The notes under the pieces are model-generated. The model saw nothing but the letters and a program-made list of their open reading frames with translations. It had not been told where the DNA came from and searched no databases. Both the position numbers and the translations under genes were made by a program. A stretch of DNA of 64,000 nt from Octopus sinensis (taxonomy: Eukaryota): the NCBI RefSeq assembly GCF_006345805.1, contig NC_043001.1, positions 27,590,001 through 27,654,000 of the forward strand. The letters run 5' to 3'. The stretch's first letter is position 1. Each line of letters begins with the position of its first letter. Shown piece after piece: positions 1 through 13,915 of this stretch.

Positions 1-279
1 GAAACTAACCCATTGGAAAATTAGGAATAATTGAGCAAGTGAAGATGTATCTGACTAATACTGGGGTCTTTTGTCACATAATGAAATGATGAAAAGACAA
101 AAGCAGAAAGGGAAACCTAAAATATAGTTACATAATGTGCAATGTTTTTTTTTTGTTTTTACATGGTCTGTTTTCATTGTTATTTCTGCTGTTTTGCAGC
201 AGCATAGCATGAAAATAACTGATAGACCATTTGGTTGTAACCCAATAATGTAGTTTATGGCCAGATATACTACACTAGA

Positions 280-281
<2 letters not shown>

Positions 282-335
<54 letters not shown>

Positions 336-426
336 TATATATACACACACATACAATACAGCATGCTGTATTTAGATCAATATAACACTGGAAGCAAGTT
401 GCAAAAAATTTCATTTATATGTATCA

Positions 427-458
<32 letters not shown>

Positions 459-490
459 TGTGTGTGTATGTGTGTGTGTGTGTGTGTGTG
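282..490. repeat. (TA)n, (GA)n and (GT)n microsatellites
   Basis: Seen directly. Confidence 0.95.
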
Positions 491-990
491 TAGGCTTTCT
501 TGATTACACAGAGGCAATGATGGAGGCTATAAAGAGTAGCAATGTTTTCTCACAGTGCAATAAAGAGAGTTTGGGGGGAAAAAACAAGCGATTGATGGCG
601 TGATCATTTTGTTTGGATTAGACAGAAAGATGAAATGATAAACTCTTATGCAATCAGTTCATTAATTGTAAATTCAAAATCATGTTTTAAGCCACTGCAT
701 AGTCAGAACATTTAATTCTATGTAACACATGTAATCTCGCAATCAGGAATATGGACTTTAGAAAGAAATTAATGGCTTCTCACAACTGAAATATGCAAAC
801 AAGGAATTGAGCCTTGCTAACCTCATGGATCTTTTGCCATATGAAAGAAGTTGTAGTATGAGTGTTGTATAATTAAGGGTTTTATGTGTGTGATATATGC
901 TTGCTAGCTATTCTTATGTTTTTGATAAACATATCCTTATGCATCAGTGTCATTACAATAATACACACACACACACACAATGTACATATG

Positions 991-1412
991 CTCTTTTACT
1001 CTTTTACTTGTTTCAGTCATTTGACTGTGGCCATGCTGGAGCATTGCCTTTAGTCGAAGAAATCGACCCCAGGACTTATTCTTTGTAAACCTAGTACTTA
1101 TTCTATCGGTCTCTTTTGCCGAACTGCTAAGTGACGGGGACGTAAACACACCAGCATCGGTTGTCAAGTGATGTTGGGGGACAAACACAGACAATACAAA
1201 CATATACTCACACATACATATATATATATAGAGAGAGAGAGATATATACAACAGGCTTCTTTCAGTTTCCGTCTACCAAATCCATTCACAAGGCTTAGGT
1301 CAGCCTGAAGCTATAGTAGAAGACACTTGTCCAAGGTGCTATGTAGTTGGACTGAACCCGGAACCATGTGGTTGGTAAACAAGGTACTTACCACACAGCC
1401 ACTACTGTGCCT
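991..1412 (-). mobile_element. tRNA-headed SINE family B1 (CORE-like CCTTGGGCAAGTG), full length
   Basis: Head GGAGTGGCTGTGTGGTAAG..GGTTCAGTCC, an internal (TA/TG)n, and tail CCAGCATGGCC..GACTGAAACAAGTAAAAGAG. Confidence 0.85.
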
Positions 1413-1421
1413 ATATATATA

Positions 1422-1875
1422 TCTTTTATCTTTTACTTGTTTCAGTCATTAAACTGTGCCCATGCTGGGGCACCCCTTGAGGAGTTTTTAATCAAATGAA
1501 TTGACCCCAGTACTTATTTTTTTAAAAGTCTAGTACTTATTCTATCAGTCTCTCTTGCTAGACCGCTAAGTTACATGGATATAAACACATGAATACTGGC
1601 TGTCAAGTGATGGTGATAGACAAACACAGATACAAATACACACACACACAAATATGTGCATGTGTGTATGTATATATATATATATATATAATATATATAT
1701 ATATACACACAACAGGCTTCTTTCAGTTTCCATCAATCAAATCCTCACACAAGGTTTTTTGATCAGCTCAAGACTTTAGTAGAAGACACTTATCCAAGGT
1801 GCCATGCCTTGAGACTGAACCCAGAACAATGTGGTTGGAAAGCAAGTGTCTTACCACACAGCCACTCCTAGACAT
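1422..1875 (-). mobile_element. SINE family B1
   Basis: Homologous to 991-1412. Partial copies lie at 3225-3380, 4410-4540 and 34680-34800. Confidence 0.8.
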
Positions 1876-2354
1876 ACCAAATTTATCTATTTTCCAATAG
1901 ATTAAAAACCTCAATCAATTTTCAACCCTTACTGTGGTCTCATCAGGTACCTACATCACTTGACTAATCCTAGAGAAACAAGTGGCCAATCCATTTATAT
2001 ATGCATCAAATCTAAAAGCTCCACAGAACTGGGATTACCAATCTACATATTACAAATATTTAACATTTTATGTAATATCACAGGGCATCATGGGTGAGTG
2101 TCTTCTATTACAGCTTCAGCTTGACTTCAGATGCACATCATTTGTCCAATTACATTTTTGTTCATGATAGCTCTGCTCTGCTTTAAAAGCCAGTCTTCTT
2201 TATGCAGTGTGTCACTTTATGCCTGATAACTCAGCAATTCAAGAAATATAGATTAATAAAGTAAATACTAGACTATAATAAGAACTGCGGCAGGTATGAT
2301 TGATAAAAGTTTTGGAGGCAGTAACCCATTATGACCACAGTGCAATGACCAAAA

Positions 2355-2358
<4 letters not shown>

Positions 2359-2443
<85 letters not shown>

Positions 2444-2734
2444 TATGCATATATACATATGTATATATATGCATACATATACATATATACATATGTATAT
2501 ATATGCATACATATACATATTACATATGTATATATATGCATACATATACATACAGATATATACGATATATACGTATACAAACATATATATATACATATAC
2601 ATACATATATACATATACAAACATATATATATACATACATATACATACATATATATATATATACATATACATACATATATATAGATATACATATACACAC
2701 ATATATATATACATATACTTACATGCATATTTAC

Positions 2735-2809
<75 letters not shown>

Positions 2810-2830
2810 GTGTATATATATATATATATA
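2359..2830. repeat. Compound (TA)n/(CATATA)n microsatellite
   Basis: Seen directly; source of several spurious I/Y/H ORFs. Confidence 0.95.
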
Positions 2831-3006
2831 TTGATCACGTTGACACCTGATATGTGGTACACCATGCACCTGTTCAGACAACATCAATTTGATGGAGAAA
2901 ATGAGCTAATGTGAGGCACAAACATTTGATCACTATGAACAAGTAATTTGTGCAGGTTATTCAGCAAAAGCTGAATACTTATACATCATCTTTGACAGGA
3001 GATACC

Positions 3007-3062
<56 letters not shown>

Positions 3063-4296
3063 GCACACACACTAGCAATGCACCTTGGCATTGCCTGAGT
3101 GTTATGACCTATAGCCACATTGTGCTATTTGCTCCTTTCTTATGGCTAGAATCAGCACACAAGGAGTATGAAGCAAGCAACTCTTCTTTATAAACATGTT
3201 TTTCAGTCAATTTCTGATTAACAACACTACAGTTTCTGTCTACCAAATTCAGTCACAAGTTCGTGGTTGGCCTAGGGCTATAGTAGAAAACATTTGCCCA
3301 AGGTACCATGCAGAGGGAATGAACATGGAACCATGTGGTTGGGAAGCAAACTTCTCAACCACACAGTCAGTCTTGCACCTAATGTGTATGTGTGTTTACA
3401 TTTGCTGTTAAATCATGTACTGTGTCCCACTATGTCTCAAAGTTAGCAGTTCATCAAGCAGAGCTCTATAAAATAAATGCCAGATTGAAATATGTACTGA
3501 GGTGAGTATGATCAATTAAAGCTTTGAAGATGATACCCGATCATGGGGACATTCAAAAGACTAAACCCAGTAAAGTAATGTTTAAAGACTTAATGGCTTC
3601 AAATTTAAGGTAATGGATTACTAACCACAAGAGAATGAGCTCAAAACTTTGTATTGAAGTTCTACTCTATACGATAACACTATATGTACATCTCAGTCTA
3701 CTTGACTTCCAACAATTAATTTGAAGTTGAATCGTTAACGGTAAGAAAGATGTTCAGATTTCTTTTAAAATTATTGTGCAAAATATCCTGAGAAAACATT
3801 TTTTTTTCACCAGAACAAAGCACACACACACAGGTGTGTCTGTGGTAACTTGAGCTACTACAAATAGCAGCCAAATCTCTCTTAAAACACACCCCTTCAT
3901 CAAAAGAAAGATATAAATTTACAGTATTTCAGGAAGAAAAAAAAAACTATGCAATGGGTCTGCTACATCAAAGGCAACTCTGGGCTAAACAAAACACAGA
4001 CAAACATACTTCACATTAAAAGATTATATACTAAACTTCTTTGAAGTTTCATTCCCTGGTAACTAAGACTGTTCAAGCAGAGTTGCCTCCCTTAGCTAAA
4101 GACATCAAAATTGTGTAACTCAACCTAGTTTTAGAGGTAATTTTTGTAGTAAAAAAGAGCTGTGCAAAAAACATACTTTATTTGGTAGCCAAAAGATTAC
4201 TCAATGTTTTGATACCTCATATGTCAAAATCAGCAACTCAGTTTTTGAATCCATGAGGAACATATGCACACACACACACAAACTCTGTTATATATA

Positions 4297-4329
<33 letters not shown>

Positions 4330-4355
4330 CTAAGCGGATTTATGATTTACTGATG

Positions 4356-4386
<31 letters not shown>

Positions 4387-5069
4387 TGTGTGTATACATC
4401 TGCATACACAGCTTGCTTCTTTCAGCTTCCATCTACCATATCTACTCACAAGGCTTTAGTCAACCTGAGGCAAAAGTAGAAGACACTTGCTCAAGGTATC
4501 ACACATTATGACTGAACCTGAAACCATAGCCATGCATACATTTACACATGCACACCCACACAACACACACATACACACACATCTTCATTTCACTTTTTGC
4601 ACAAAGCTCTTCATGACTAAAAATCAATCTTTTACAGACAGAATTCTTTAATTTATAATTTGATAACAATATACCAAGTGAAATTCTGATTTCCAAAGAG
4701 TGTGTGCTTATTTTAACTATGTCACAAATTGATGAATTTGAAATTTGTGAGTTGTTCACTTTTGCTCATTTCTAGAGTATCCTAAATTTCATTGTTATTT
4801 TAATTGTATTTAGTATGTGTGTATGTGATGTGTGGTGTATGTGTGTGTGTGAGAGAGAGAGAGAGAAAATGAGAGAGGGTTTCAAAAGTCCTGATTCAAA
4901 ATGTTAATTATTTAATTCAATTAAAATAAAAAGAATTGGCATTCTTTAATGTCATTAACCCATTTTTTGGCCTCTGAATTTTGAGGAACCTGTATTGGAA
5001 CCAATCAGCATGCATAAAGGTGGGTGGAGAATGCAGTGAATGCACTAGCATCAGGAGAGGGGTTACACA

Positions 5070-5955
5070 AGGATGTGTCATGTCACCAGATCTTTTTAAT
5101 TACTATAGTAAATTGATCATACAAGAACTGGAGAAAGAAGAAATCTCAGGGTAGGAGGCAGAAACATCACAAACATAAGATATGCAGATGACACAGTTTT
5201 ACTCGGAGAATCGGAAAAGGAACTTCAGAGATTTCTGGGTGTTGTGGTCAGAGAAAGTAAGAGAAAGGGTTTGCTCAAAAATTGCAAGAAGACAGTGTAT
5301 GGTGGAGACAAAACCCAAAGTGCATGCTGAAAGTGAACAACCAAATCATTAAGAAAGTATCATCTATTTTGGACCATTGATCACAGAAGATGCAAGATGT
5401 GCGAAGGAGGTCAAAAGACAAATAGTGCTGGCAAAAATCTGCATTCTCAAAATTGTATAACATCTTGAGAAACTGTACCTTGAGTATCAAGACCAAGATT
5501 CATTTATTGAACTGCTGTGTCTACTCTGTGTTAATGTATGGAAGTGAGGCATGGTCTATAACATCAGAAATGAGATGTGGAATGTGGATCTGAAGGAGAA
5601 TATTGAAGATATCATGGACAGACAAACTGTCTAATGAAGAAGTGATGACCCAGGCTGTGGTATATAGGAAACTGCTTCCTGGGATATGAGTCAAGCAACT
5701 TGGTTATATGATGAGGTAAGAGGGCTGGAGAATTTAGTGATGACTGGAAAGATTGAAGAGAGAAGAGGCAGAAGAAGAATGATATAGATGTTAAGCTCAA
5801 CAAATTGGTTGGAAGAAAGAAGTATTAAATATCAGGAAGTGGAACTGTTACAGAAAACAAAGAACAGAGAATCGTGACAGGACATGTTCACCTATGTCCT
5901 ACATTCTGGACACCACACCTATGATCACATTCTGGACACCACACATAAAGAAAGA
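5070..5955 (+). mobile_element. RTE (BovB-like) LINE RT 3' fragment, pseudogenised
   Basis: IRYADDTV, ITEDARCAKEVKR, LMYGSEAW, ISWTDKLSNEEV and GKIEERRGR motifs across frameshifts. Confidence 0.85.
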
Positions 5956-6351
5956 TATCACACCCAATGAAATGGCTCTAATTTAATCTTTAGTTTACAT
6001 TATCTAATGACAGACATTCAAAAACAATATCTTATAACTTATACCATTTTGGTGTAGTTAATCACTATCATAATGATGCAAAGGGTTATGTGATAACCCT
6101 TTGCATTCATTTTTTCCCATTAATTTTAATTCTTTCCAGTATTAATTAAATTAACATGAAAAATATCTTTGTCAGTGCTCTATGGATTTTCTTTTATAGC
6201 TCTATTCTCCTTAAACAGTTTTTTTATTTTTTAACTTTGAACAGATTTTGCCTCTTTTCAGACATATGATAATGAAGTGCCAAATAGAAAAAAAAAATGA
6301 ATGAATTTATTGGACAAGCCAATAATTATTTATCAAAATCAAATTCGATGA

Positions 6352-6840
6352 CTGGTGTCCGTGCTAGCAGGGTGCAAAGCGCACCATACGAGTGTGACCA
6401 TTGACAGAGCAGCTAACCGGCTTCTGTGCCAGTGGCACTTAAAAGGCACCATTCGAGCATGATCGTTACCAGCGTTGCCTTAAAGAGCACCATCCGAGCA
6501 TGATTGTTGCCGGAGCGGCTATCTGGCCTCCATGCCGGTGGCACATAAAAGACACCGTACGAGCATGATCGTTACCAGCTTCGCCTTACTAGCACCTGTG
6601 CCGGTGGCATGTGTAAAAGATTCGAGCGAGGTTGTTGCCCGTACCACCTGTGCCAGTGGCACGTAAAAGCACCCACTACACTCTTTGAGAGGTTGGCGTT
6701 AGGAAGGGCATCCAGCTGTAGAAACTCTGCCAGATCAAGATTGAAGCCTGGTGCAGCCATCTGGTTCGCCAGCCCTCAGTCATTCGTCCAGCCCATGCTA
6801 GCATGGAAAGTGGACGTTAAACGATGATGATGATGACGAT
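6352..6840 (+). repeat. RTE 3' UTR-derived repeat with several tandem GTGCCGGTGGCAC..AAAAGCACC units
   Basis: Same UTR as 23131-24340, with a (GAT)n tail. Confidence 0.85.
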
Positions 6841-6841
6841 G

Positions 6842-7050
6842 AGGGCGGTAAACTGGCAGAATCATTAGCACACTAGGCAAAATGCTTAGCAGTATTTTGT
6901 CTGCTGTTACATTCTGAGTTCAAGTTCCACCAAGGTCAACTTTGCCTGTCATCCTTTCAGGGTTGATTGAATAAGTACCAGTTATGCACTGGGGCAATGT
7001 AATCGATCCCCTCTATGTTTAGCCCCCTGTGGGCAATAAAGAAATATATG
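6842..7050 (+). mobile_element. tRNA-headed SINE family A with a Nin/Deu-like core
   Basis: TGGCAGAA A-box-like motif, GAGTTCAA B box, and core GGTC(G/A)ACTTTGCCT..CATCCTTTC..AAGTACCAG. Confidence 0.8.
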
Positions 7051-8329
7051 TTATTTTCCTCCATTGGTTTCAGTGAGAACTTTGCCTCTTTTCAGAATTA
7101 TTAAAAGTACTACATTTTTTATCAAAAGATAGTAAAAATAAAATCAAATAATTCAAATAATAATAACCTATTTTGATGAATGTACCATAGAAAATGTAGT
7201 GGTGGTTGTCGTCATCATTGTCATCTTTATCTATCATAAACAATTTTCATTAATATTAATAGACTTTACTAAAATAAGAAGTTTATTGAAATTCCACTAT
7301 ATATATCTTCTGAATATTGTAATAATGTGTCATAAATTTATGTCTACTTTTAACCCTTGTGGCTTCAAGTTTTCTAATATTAGTTTAAGGCTAATTTTTG
7401 TATGGGAGTATTATAACTAACAAGATGAACTCTAGTTTATTAGTGATGCTTTATTACTTTATCAACACCAGGTGGACAAAAGTTAGCCTCAGTTTTAATA
7501 GATTTTGAATTCAGAACCTATAGGGATGAAACTACGTGAATTAAAAACTACAAGAAATAAAATTAAGTGCAAAAAACCTATAGGGATAAAACTAAATTAA
7601 TTCCAACCCTTTAGTGTCCCAGTTATTTTCTTCAGTATTCATGGAATTTTAAGTTCTTCAAAGTGTGTGTGCATGTTTTTTCACCATGTGTGTGTGTGTG
7701 TGCATGCATGTGTGCGAGTGTGTGTTGATAAACTGAATTTGCACTATTGTATATGAAAGTATAATAACTTCTAGCTCCACTTTCTTAGCTCCTAAGCTTC
7801 AGGGGCCATGACAGGTAAGGAATTAATGTGTCAACATCTTTGAATTCTAATATAAATATTCTAGAAGAGAAATATTTGGAACACCAGTAAGACATTTACC
7901 ACAACTTCAATGACAATAAAAAAATCTTCTGACTATGTGTGGCTTGAGGCACACTGTCTTATTATGAGAAAATATCACATCAGTTTGCCAATAGTAAATA
8001 TTATAATGACATTATTTAATAATGTATAGAAATTTGCTCGAAAATTCATCAATTAACTCATTCAAAATAACACTTGATACCAGACAAGCTTAGGATTCTT
8101 TCCCTAAACCATTTTTGGGGGGTTCTAGAATATATACTGATGGAAGCCCTTGATTCTTTGGTAGGAAATACTAAAATAAAGACAAGGTGGAGATATTAGT
8201 AATTTCTGTTTTATCAATGATATTGATTTAACAAGAAAGAATGTAGAACTTAGAAATCTAACAACATGTTTTGGAACAACTACAGGGCAATACAGAATAA
8301 AAAAAGAATGCTGAAAAAGCAAATATAAT

Positions 8330-8900
8330 GACAAATAGTGAAAACAAAATAATCAATTCAACTGAATCAGCAGGAAAGATGCTCAAACAAGTTGATGTAT
8401 TTAAATATTTGGGACGAGCAATAACGGAAGATGTGAGATCAAAGAAAGAAGTAAAATGTCAGATTGTAGCAGCTACCATAATTTTAGCAGAATTAGACCC
8501 TGTTCATAAAATAAGATTGCAGTAATAACAAAAATTCCTTTTTTAAAAAAAAAGCAATAGTAATTGCAACTGCAGTCTGTGGGTGGGGATAGAGGATGTT
8601 AAATGCTGAAAGTGAGAAAAAGATTATAGTTTTTTTTTTAAATGAAATATTATAGAAATACCCTTTGCATTCATATACAGAACATCACGTTAATAAGATT
8701 GTTGTGAGCCTCGTTACTCTTTTATTAATTGTTTACAGATGGAAAATGTAGAGGTTTGCTATGACACCATGATATCCTACTTCTTGTGGTGGGTTGAAAA
8801 ACATCAAGGAATGGGGGAAGATGGTGAAAAACATGAAACAGGCTGATGACCAGGAAAAATAAAGGAATAAGTTATGTCACTTATTGAGAAATCAAATGAA
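8330..8900 (+). mobile_element. Old RTE LINE fragment
   Basis: VDVFKYLGRAITEDVRSKKEVKCQI. Confidence 0.6.
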
Positions 8901-9743
8901 AAATCAAAGTCTTTAACCAATGTAATTAAGAATGATCACTGCAATGACATAAATGTGTATAATGAATGGATATGTGTCAGACGAGAAGATAGTAAAATAG
9001 AATAACAAAATTTTGAACTATAGAGAGTCAATTAAATTTGAAGATGTTATGTCTTACCGAAGAATAATACAGGTTTGTGTTATTTGGAATTGAAATGCCT
9101 ATCCAACTTATGTCAGCATGGAAAAATATTGTTGTGATGGTGATGATGACAACAAGAATAACACGAACAATGGTGATAATGGTGATGAAGTTTTACAAGT
9201 ACAAAGTCATTCGAAAAACAAGTGTATTTTCAAGAACTTATGTTGGTATGTTTAATGTGATGATTGGTGAAGAAATACAATTGCTTAGTCACCAACAAAG
9301 CACTTCCTATTAAGATAGGAAAGGTAAATTAAAAATTTGGTTGACTGTTAAGGATTAGCCAGAAAACAATACTGAGTATTGTAAAAATAGACACTAAATG
9401 AACTTGATAAATTGTTAACGATATTATGGAGACAAAGGAGAAAAGATAATCATCCAGCTTAAGAAATGCATAGTATTTAGAACAACAATGGCTTGCTTGT
9501 GAATTTGATTGGAGAATGGAATAATTTCACTTTTTACTGTGTGAAGTTTTATTCAGTATTGTTTAATTTCCCTTTTAGTACTGGAAATACAAGAATAGAT
9601 CTCAAGCTGACATCAGTTTATTAAGCAATGAGATGACATCAATACAGTATCAGCTCCAAATGAAGATTCTCAAAGATGCAAAATGAAGTTTAGCAATTAT
9701 TTGTTAACAAATTCATTCTCTATCCATTGTAACTAGTTTGTAA

Positions 9744-9976
9744 TCCTTTTGCAACCATATCTATTTGCTCCAATTAATTTTGATAGCGAAGAAGTTTGAG
9801 AGACTCGGTAAAACAACTGACTTATTTCATTTTTAAGCTGGTGTTTGGAATATAATTTAACAAAAGATTCCTACATAAATTCATTGTTGATCTTCAAAAA
9901 CAAATGATGGCTAAAACCATGGAGGATTTGTATTATAGAACCAGGGGGAATTTGAACCAGATTGATATTGGAGGGG
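9744..9976. mobile_element. piggyBac-type MITE, degenerate
   Basis: Ends in GGGG-TTAA, begins with TAATCCTTTTGCAACC, and the body resembles 40751-40970. Confidence 0.55.
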
Positions 9977-11494
9977 TTAAATGAGAACTGATATAAAATA
10001 GAGTTTTGTTATTCCGCAGAGATTTATCTTTGAACCAACATAAAAATTCAGTTATCTGATGATTTTAAGCTGTAATTACAATATATTAATGTTAATTAAT
10101 ATATTCTTGTTATTAATGCATCATCATATGAGAAAAATACTTTATAAATATATGAAGGAAGTGAGGTCCTAATTCTGCAGATAATATAACAGAAATCTTA
10201 TTTGGTATCATATAGTTTCAACTATATCACAAAATAAATAGCCTACAGGAAGCCTTATTTTACTTTTTAAAATTTTTTGTCTTTATTTGTTGACAAAATA
10301 TTTTGTACACAAACTAGATGTTATTTAATCTAGCTGAACATTTCAATATGACTAATTAAAATGACAATGTTAAGACTACAGTTTCTTTTTGTAAATGAAA
10401 TTTTTAAAATGTTAAGAATTTTTAATACATCTCAATTTTTTATTAAATATATTTTAAATATAAAAAAAAAACTGAACAATAAATTTCACAAATTAGTTTT
10501 AAATATTCTTTATTTCTATGAGTTCTTTCTTTTTTTTATTTCTTAATGTTGATATCATGTTTAGTGTTCTATTTATAAGTCAGCACTAGACCCAAACATG
10601 ATATCAGTAACATAGATTTTAAAATAGAATAAATTTACACTTAGTAATCTAAATGAAGCTGTTAGTCACAAATGTTTTAAGATATGAAGCATGTCTAAAT
10701 TCATCATATGTAGTTTGAAATCACGGAATTTTATTTGATAAAATCACAAAATGATAAAACAAAGATATATATTTAAAAGGAAAATACCCCCAAGTGAAGG
10801 AACTAGAATGGTAACTAAGCAGCATTGCTCAAAAGAAGGTTGAGGCTATATATGATGTAAAAGGGATGATCTATAAGTATAAAGAAGAAGAAAAACTAAT
10901 GCTAGAAATGTTGTGATAGTAATTTATACAGATTGGCATGGAGATTGATAGCATAGATGTTATTAAGATGATCAATAAAGAAATGTAGAGAGTAAAAAGA
11001 ACTTGATGTTGCTCGAGGAAACCAAGATAGAAAGAAAGAAAGACATTTTTAAAAAATATTTTACATTCATTCTTCGCACAAGCTTGTATAGGATGGTTCT
11101 GAACATTGAAATATTTGCACAGACCTCCATTGTCAGGGATTTTTAATTGCTATGACTCCCATCACCATAGTTCTAGCACAAATCTAGAGAAAATTGCAGT
11201 AACCACAGAATTAAAAATATAGCAGTAGATATACTTGATATGGTAAACTAAGTATTCTTTATGTATGGTATAGAAACAGAATGGCCTTGTGAATATGGTA
11301 GTGAAGCACATGCTTTCGAGAGATTAAGAGTTTTAAAGCTTTTGTTGGTCTTTTGGTAGGTTGCTTGGCAAGTTATTTATGTCTACAATATCTCAGTTCA
11401 CCTAGCTATATGGAATGGGTTTAGATTGTTGAAAAAGATCAGCCAGGCTGATGTATAAGTTTTATGGAATAAGGTTAGAATGGTAATATTCTGT

Positions 11495-12810
11495 TCTGCC
11501 AAGGTCGACTTTGCCTTTCATCCTTTTGGGGTCAATAAATTGAGTACCAGTTGCATATTGGGATCAATAAATTAAGTTCCAGTTGCACACTGGGGTTGAT
11601 CTAATCGGCTGATCCCTCCCCAAAACTTTCAGGCTTTGTGCCTAGACTAGAAAAGAATATTCTGTGAACATTATTGAATCAGTAAGGTACCATTCATGTA
11701 GTTAATCAAGAGCATATCTAAGGTAGCAAGCTGGCAGAATCATTAGCCTGTCAGACAAAATGCTTAGTGGCATTTCATCCATCTCTATGTTGTGAGTTCA
11801 AATTCTACCAAGGCTGAGTTTTCTTTTCATCTTTCCGGGGTCAATAAAACAAGTACCAGTTGAACACTGGAGTCAATGTAATCAGTTTATCCTTTCCCTG
11901 AAAGTGCTGGCCTAGTGCCAACATTTGAAACGAATTAAGAGCAATATCTACTTCAAGTAATCCAACATCTCTTGAATCTATTATCTATGGCTAGATTCAC
12001 TCATATACAACATAAGTGAAATAGTTCAACAGAGAACTGAAACCAAGTCGCAGATTCATTTTGCAAGGAACTTTCTACTGCTTTATAGCATACACTAATT
12101 AAGATTAAACACCTTTAAAAAGAAAACAAAATCAGAATATATCTAGAAAATGGAATGAACCACAGTAATCATTCAAGTTATGAGAAATATTTCATTGTTA
12201 CTTTAAACAAAATAAATCCTTGTTCGGCAAATGATTAAGTCTTGTGTGCTATCAGTAGAGGTTAATCACAGCAAAGTAATATATAAGAATGCAGAGCCTC
12301 AAAGGAGAGCTAATAAAAGATTGGAATAAATGGCAACGTCTAGACCACTTTTATTATATGCCATTATAAATACATAGATATTAAAATGACAACAATCATG
12401 GTAATGTTTTATAAGGTGGCAAGCTGGCAGAAATGTCAGCACGCCAGGTGAAATGCTTAGCGGTATTTCATTTGCCGTTACGTTCTGAGTTCAAATTCCA
12501 CCGAGGTCGACTTTGCCTTTCATCCTTTCGGGGTTGATAAATTAAGTACCAGTTACGCACTGGGGTCAATATAATTGACTTAATCTGTCTGTCTGTCCTT
12601 GTTTGTCTCCTCTGTGTTTAGCCCCTTGTGGTCAGTAAAGAAATAGGTATTTCATCTGTCTTTATATTCTGAGTTCAAATTCCACCAAGGTCGACTTCGC
12701 CTTTCATCCTTTCAAAGTCAATAAATTAAGTACCAGTTGTGTACTGGGTTTGATCTAATCAACTGGCTCCTCCCAAAAAATTTCTGGCCTTGTGCCTAGA
12801 GAAGAAAAGA
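11495..12810 (+). mobile_element. Cluster of SINE A copies (11495-11665, 11722-11935, 12414-12810)
   Basis: Same core. Further copies lie at 14670-14945, 15285-15500, 61265-61610 (-) and 62735-62945. Confidence 0.8.
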
Positions 12811-12821
12811 ATCATAGTAAT

Positions 12822-13213
12822 ATTTTATCTTTTACTTGTTTCAGTCATTAGACTGTAGCCATTGTGAGGCACCACCTTGAACTTTTAGTTGAGTGAATGA
12901 ATCAACCCCAATACTTATTTTTTCTTTAAGCCTGGTACTTATACAATCGGCCTCTATCGCCAAACTACTAAGTTAAAGGGACATAAACAAACCAACACCA
13001 ATTATCAAGCAGCAGTGAGAGACAAACACAAAGGCACACGCAGATATATATATATGACAGGCTTCTTTCAGTTTCCATCTACCAAATTCACCCACAAGGT
13101 TTTGGTTAGGCTGAAGTCTATAGTAGAAGACACATGTCCTAAGTGCCACACAGTGGAACTGAACCCAGAACCACATAGTTGGGAAGCAAACTTCTTACCA
13201 CACAGCCATGCCT
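12822..13213 (-). mobile_element. SINE family B1
   Basis: Homologous to 991-1412. Confidence 0.8.
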
Positions 13214-13915
13214 GTTGATGATTTAATTTATGTGGTGATTTAAGAATTAAAAAATTAAGTATGGAAAGTAATTTTATGAAAATAATTTAACCAGATAATT
13301 AATGTGTAAAAATTTAAATGTGAATGTTTTCACAACTCAAAGAAGTATTTCAAAAGAAAATTTTCTAAAAAATATTCTCCAAGATAGGGTGCCAGTCAAT
13401 AAAGAGGTAATCTATAACTTATGAAAGTATTCTGTTTAAAAGGTTTCTAATTGAATAGTGTGTCTACAAGAGAAGTTTTAAATGAGAAGGATATTGATAA
13501 GGATATATACATTAAAACAAATTTTCTTGGGTTGGGAAACCCCTATTGAATATCAGTCCATAACAAATAATTTGGTGTATGTGTGTGTGTGTGTGTGTGT
13601 GTGCACGCATACATGCATGTGAGTGTGTGTGTGTAAGCAAATGAAATAAAAAGTGTTGAAAAAATTAAGGATTTTGCTCTCCATCAGTTGCATTCAGTAT
13701 TTATATACTGTGGGTGCTCATGCATTTATATTTGTATATTTACACATATTTTTCCAAGCTGAAATGGATTTGATAGTTCTGCAAATTTAAATATTCACAT
13801 GAAATGTTGAATCATAGTTATTCTAATGACAGATTCTTTACCACAGACTGAACTGGGTCTATTTTAAGCTGAACTGACTAAGAGGCAATAAATACCCCTT
13901 GCTTTTAGAGTGCAG

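Noticed and set aside
1911-1955. Minus-strand CTGATGA-GACC(ACAGTAAG)GGTT-GAAA, a partial hammerhead
   Set aside because: There is no valid helix III/NUH site and no helix I partner downstream. At best it is a truncated relic.
2300-2914. Long overlapping I/Y/H/T-rich ORFs, plus similar ones at 55-414, 13917-14245, 60507-60845 and 62579-62839
   Set aside because: They are stop-free translations of microsatellites.
4499-4759. Minus-strand 86-aa ORF, and the similar 48828-49046 ORF, as exons of neighbouring genes
   Set aside because: There is no recognisable homology and no consistent splice chain.
6352-6700. Repeat-spacer-like array suggestive of CRISPR
   Set aside because: The context is eukaryotic, the inter-unit sequences are homologous to each other, there are no cas genes, and it is part of the RTE 3' UTR.
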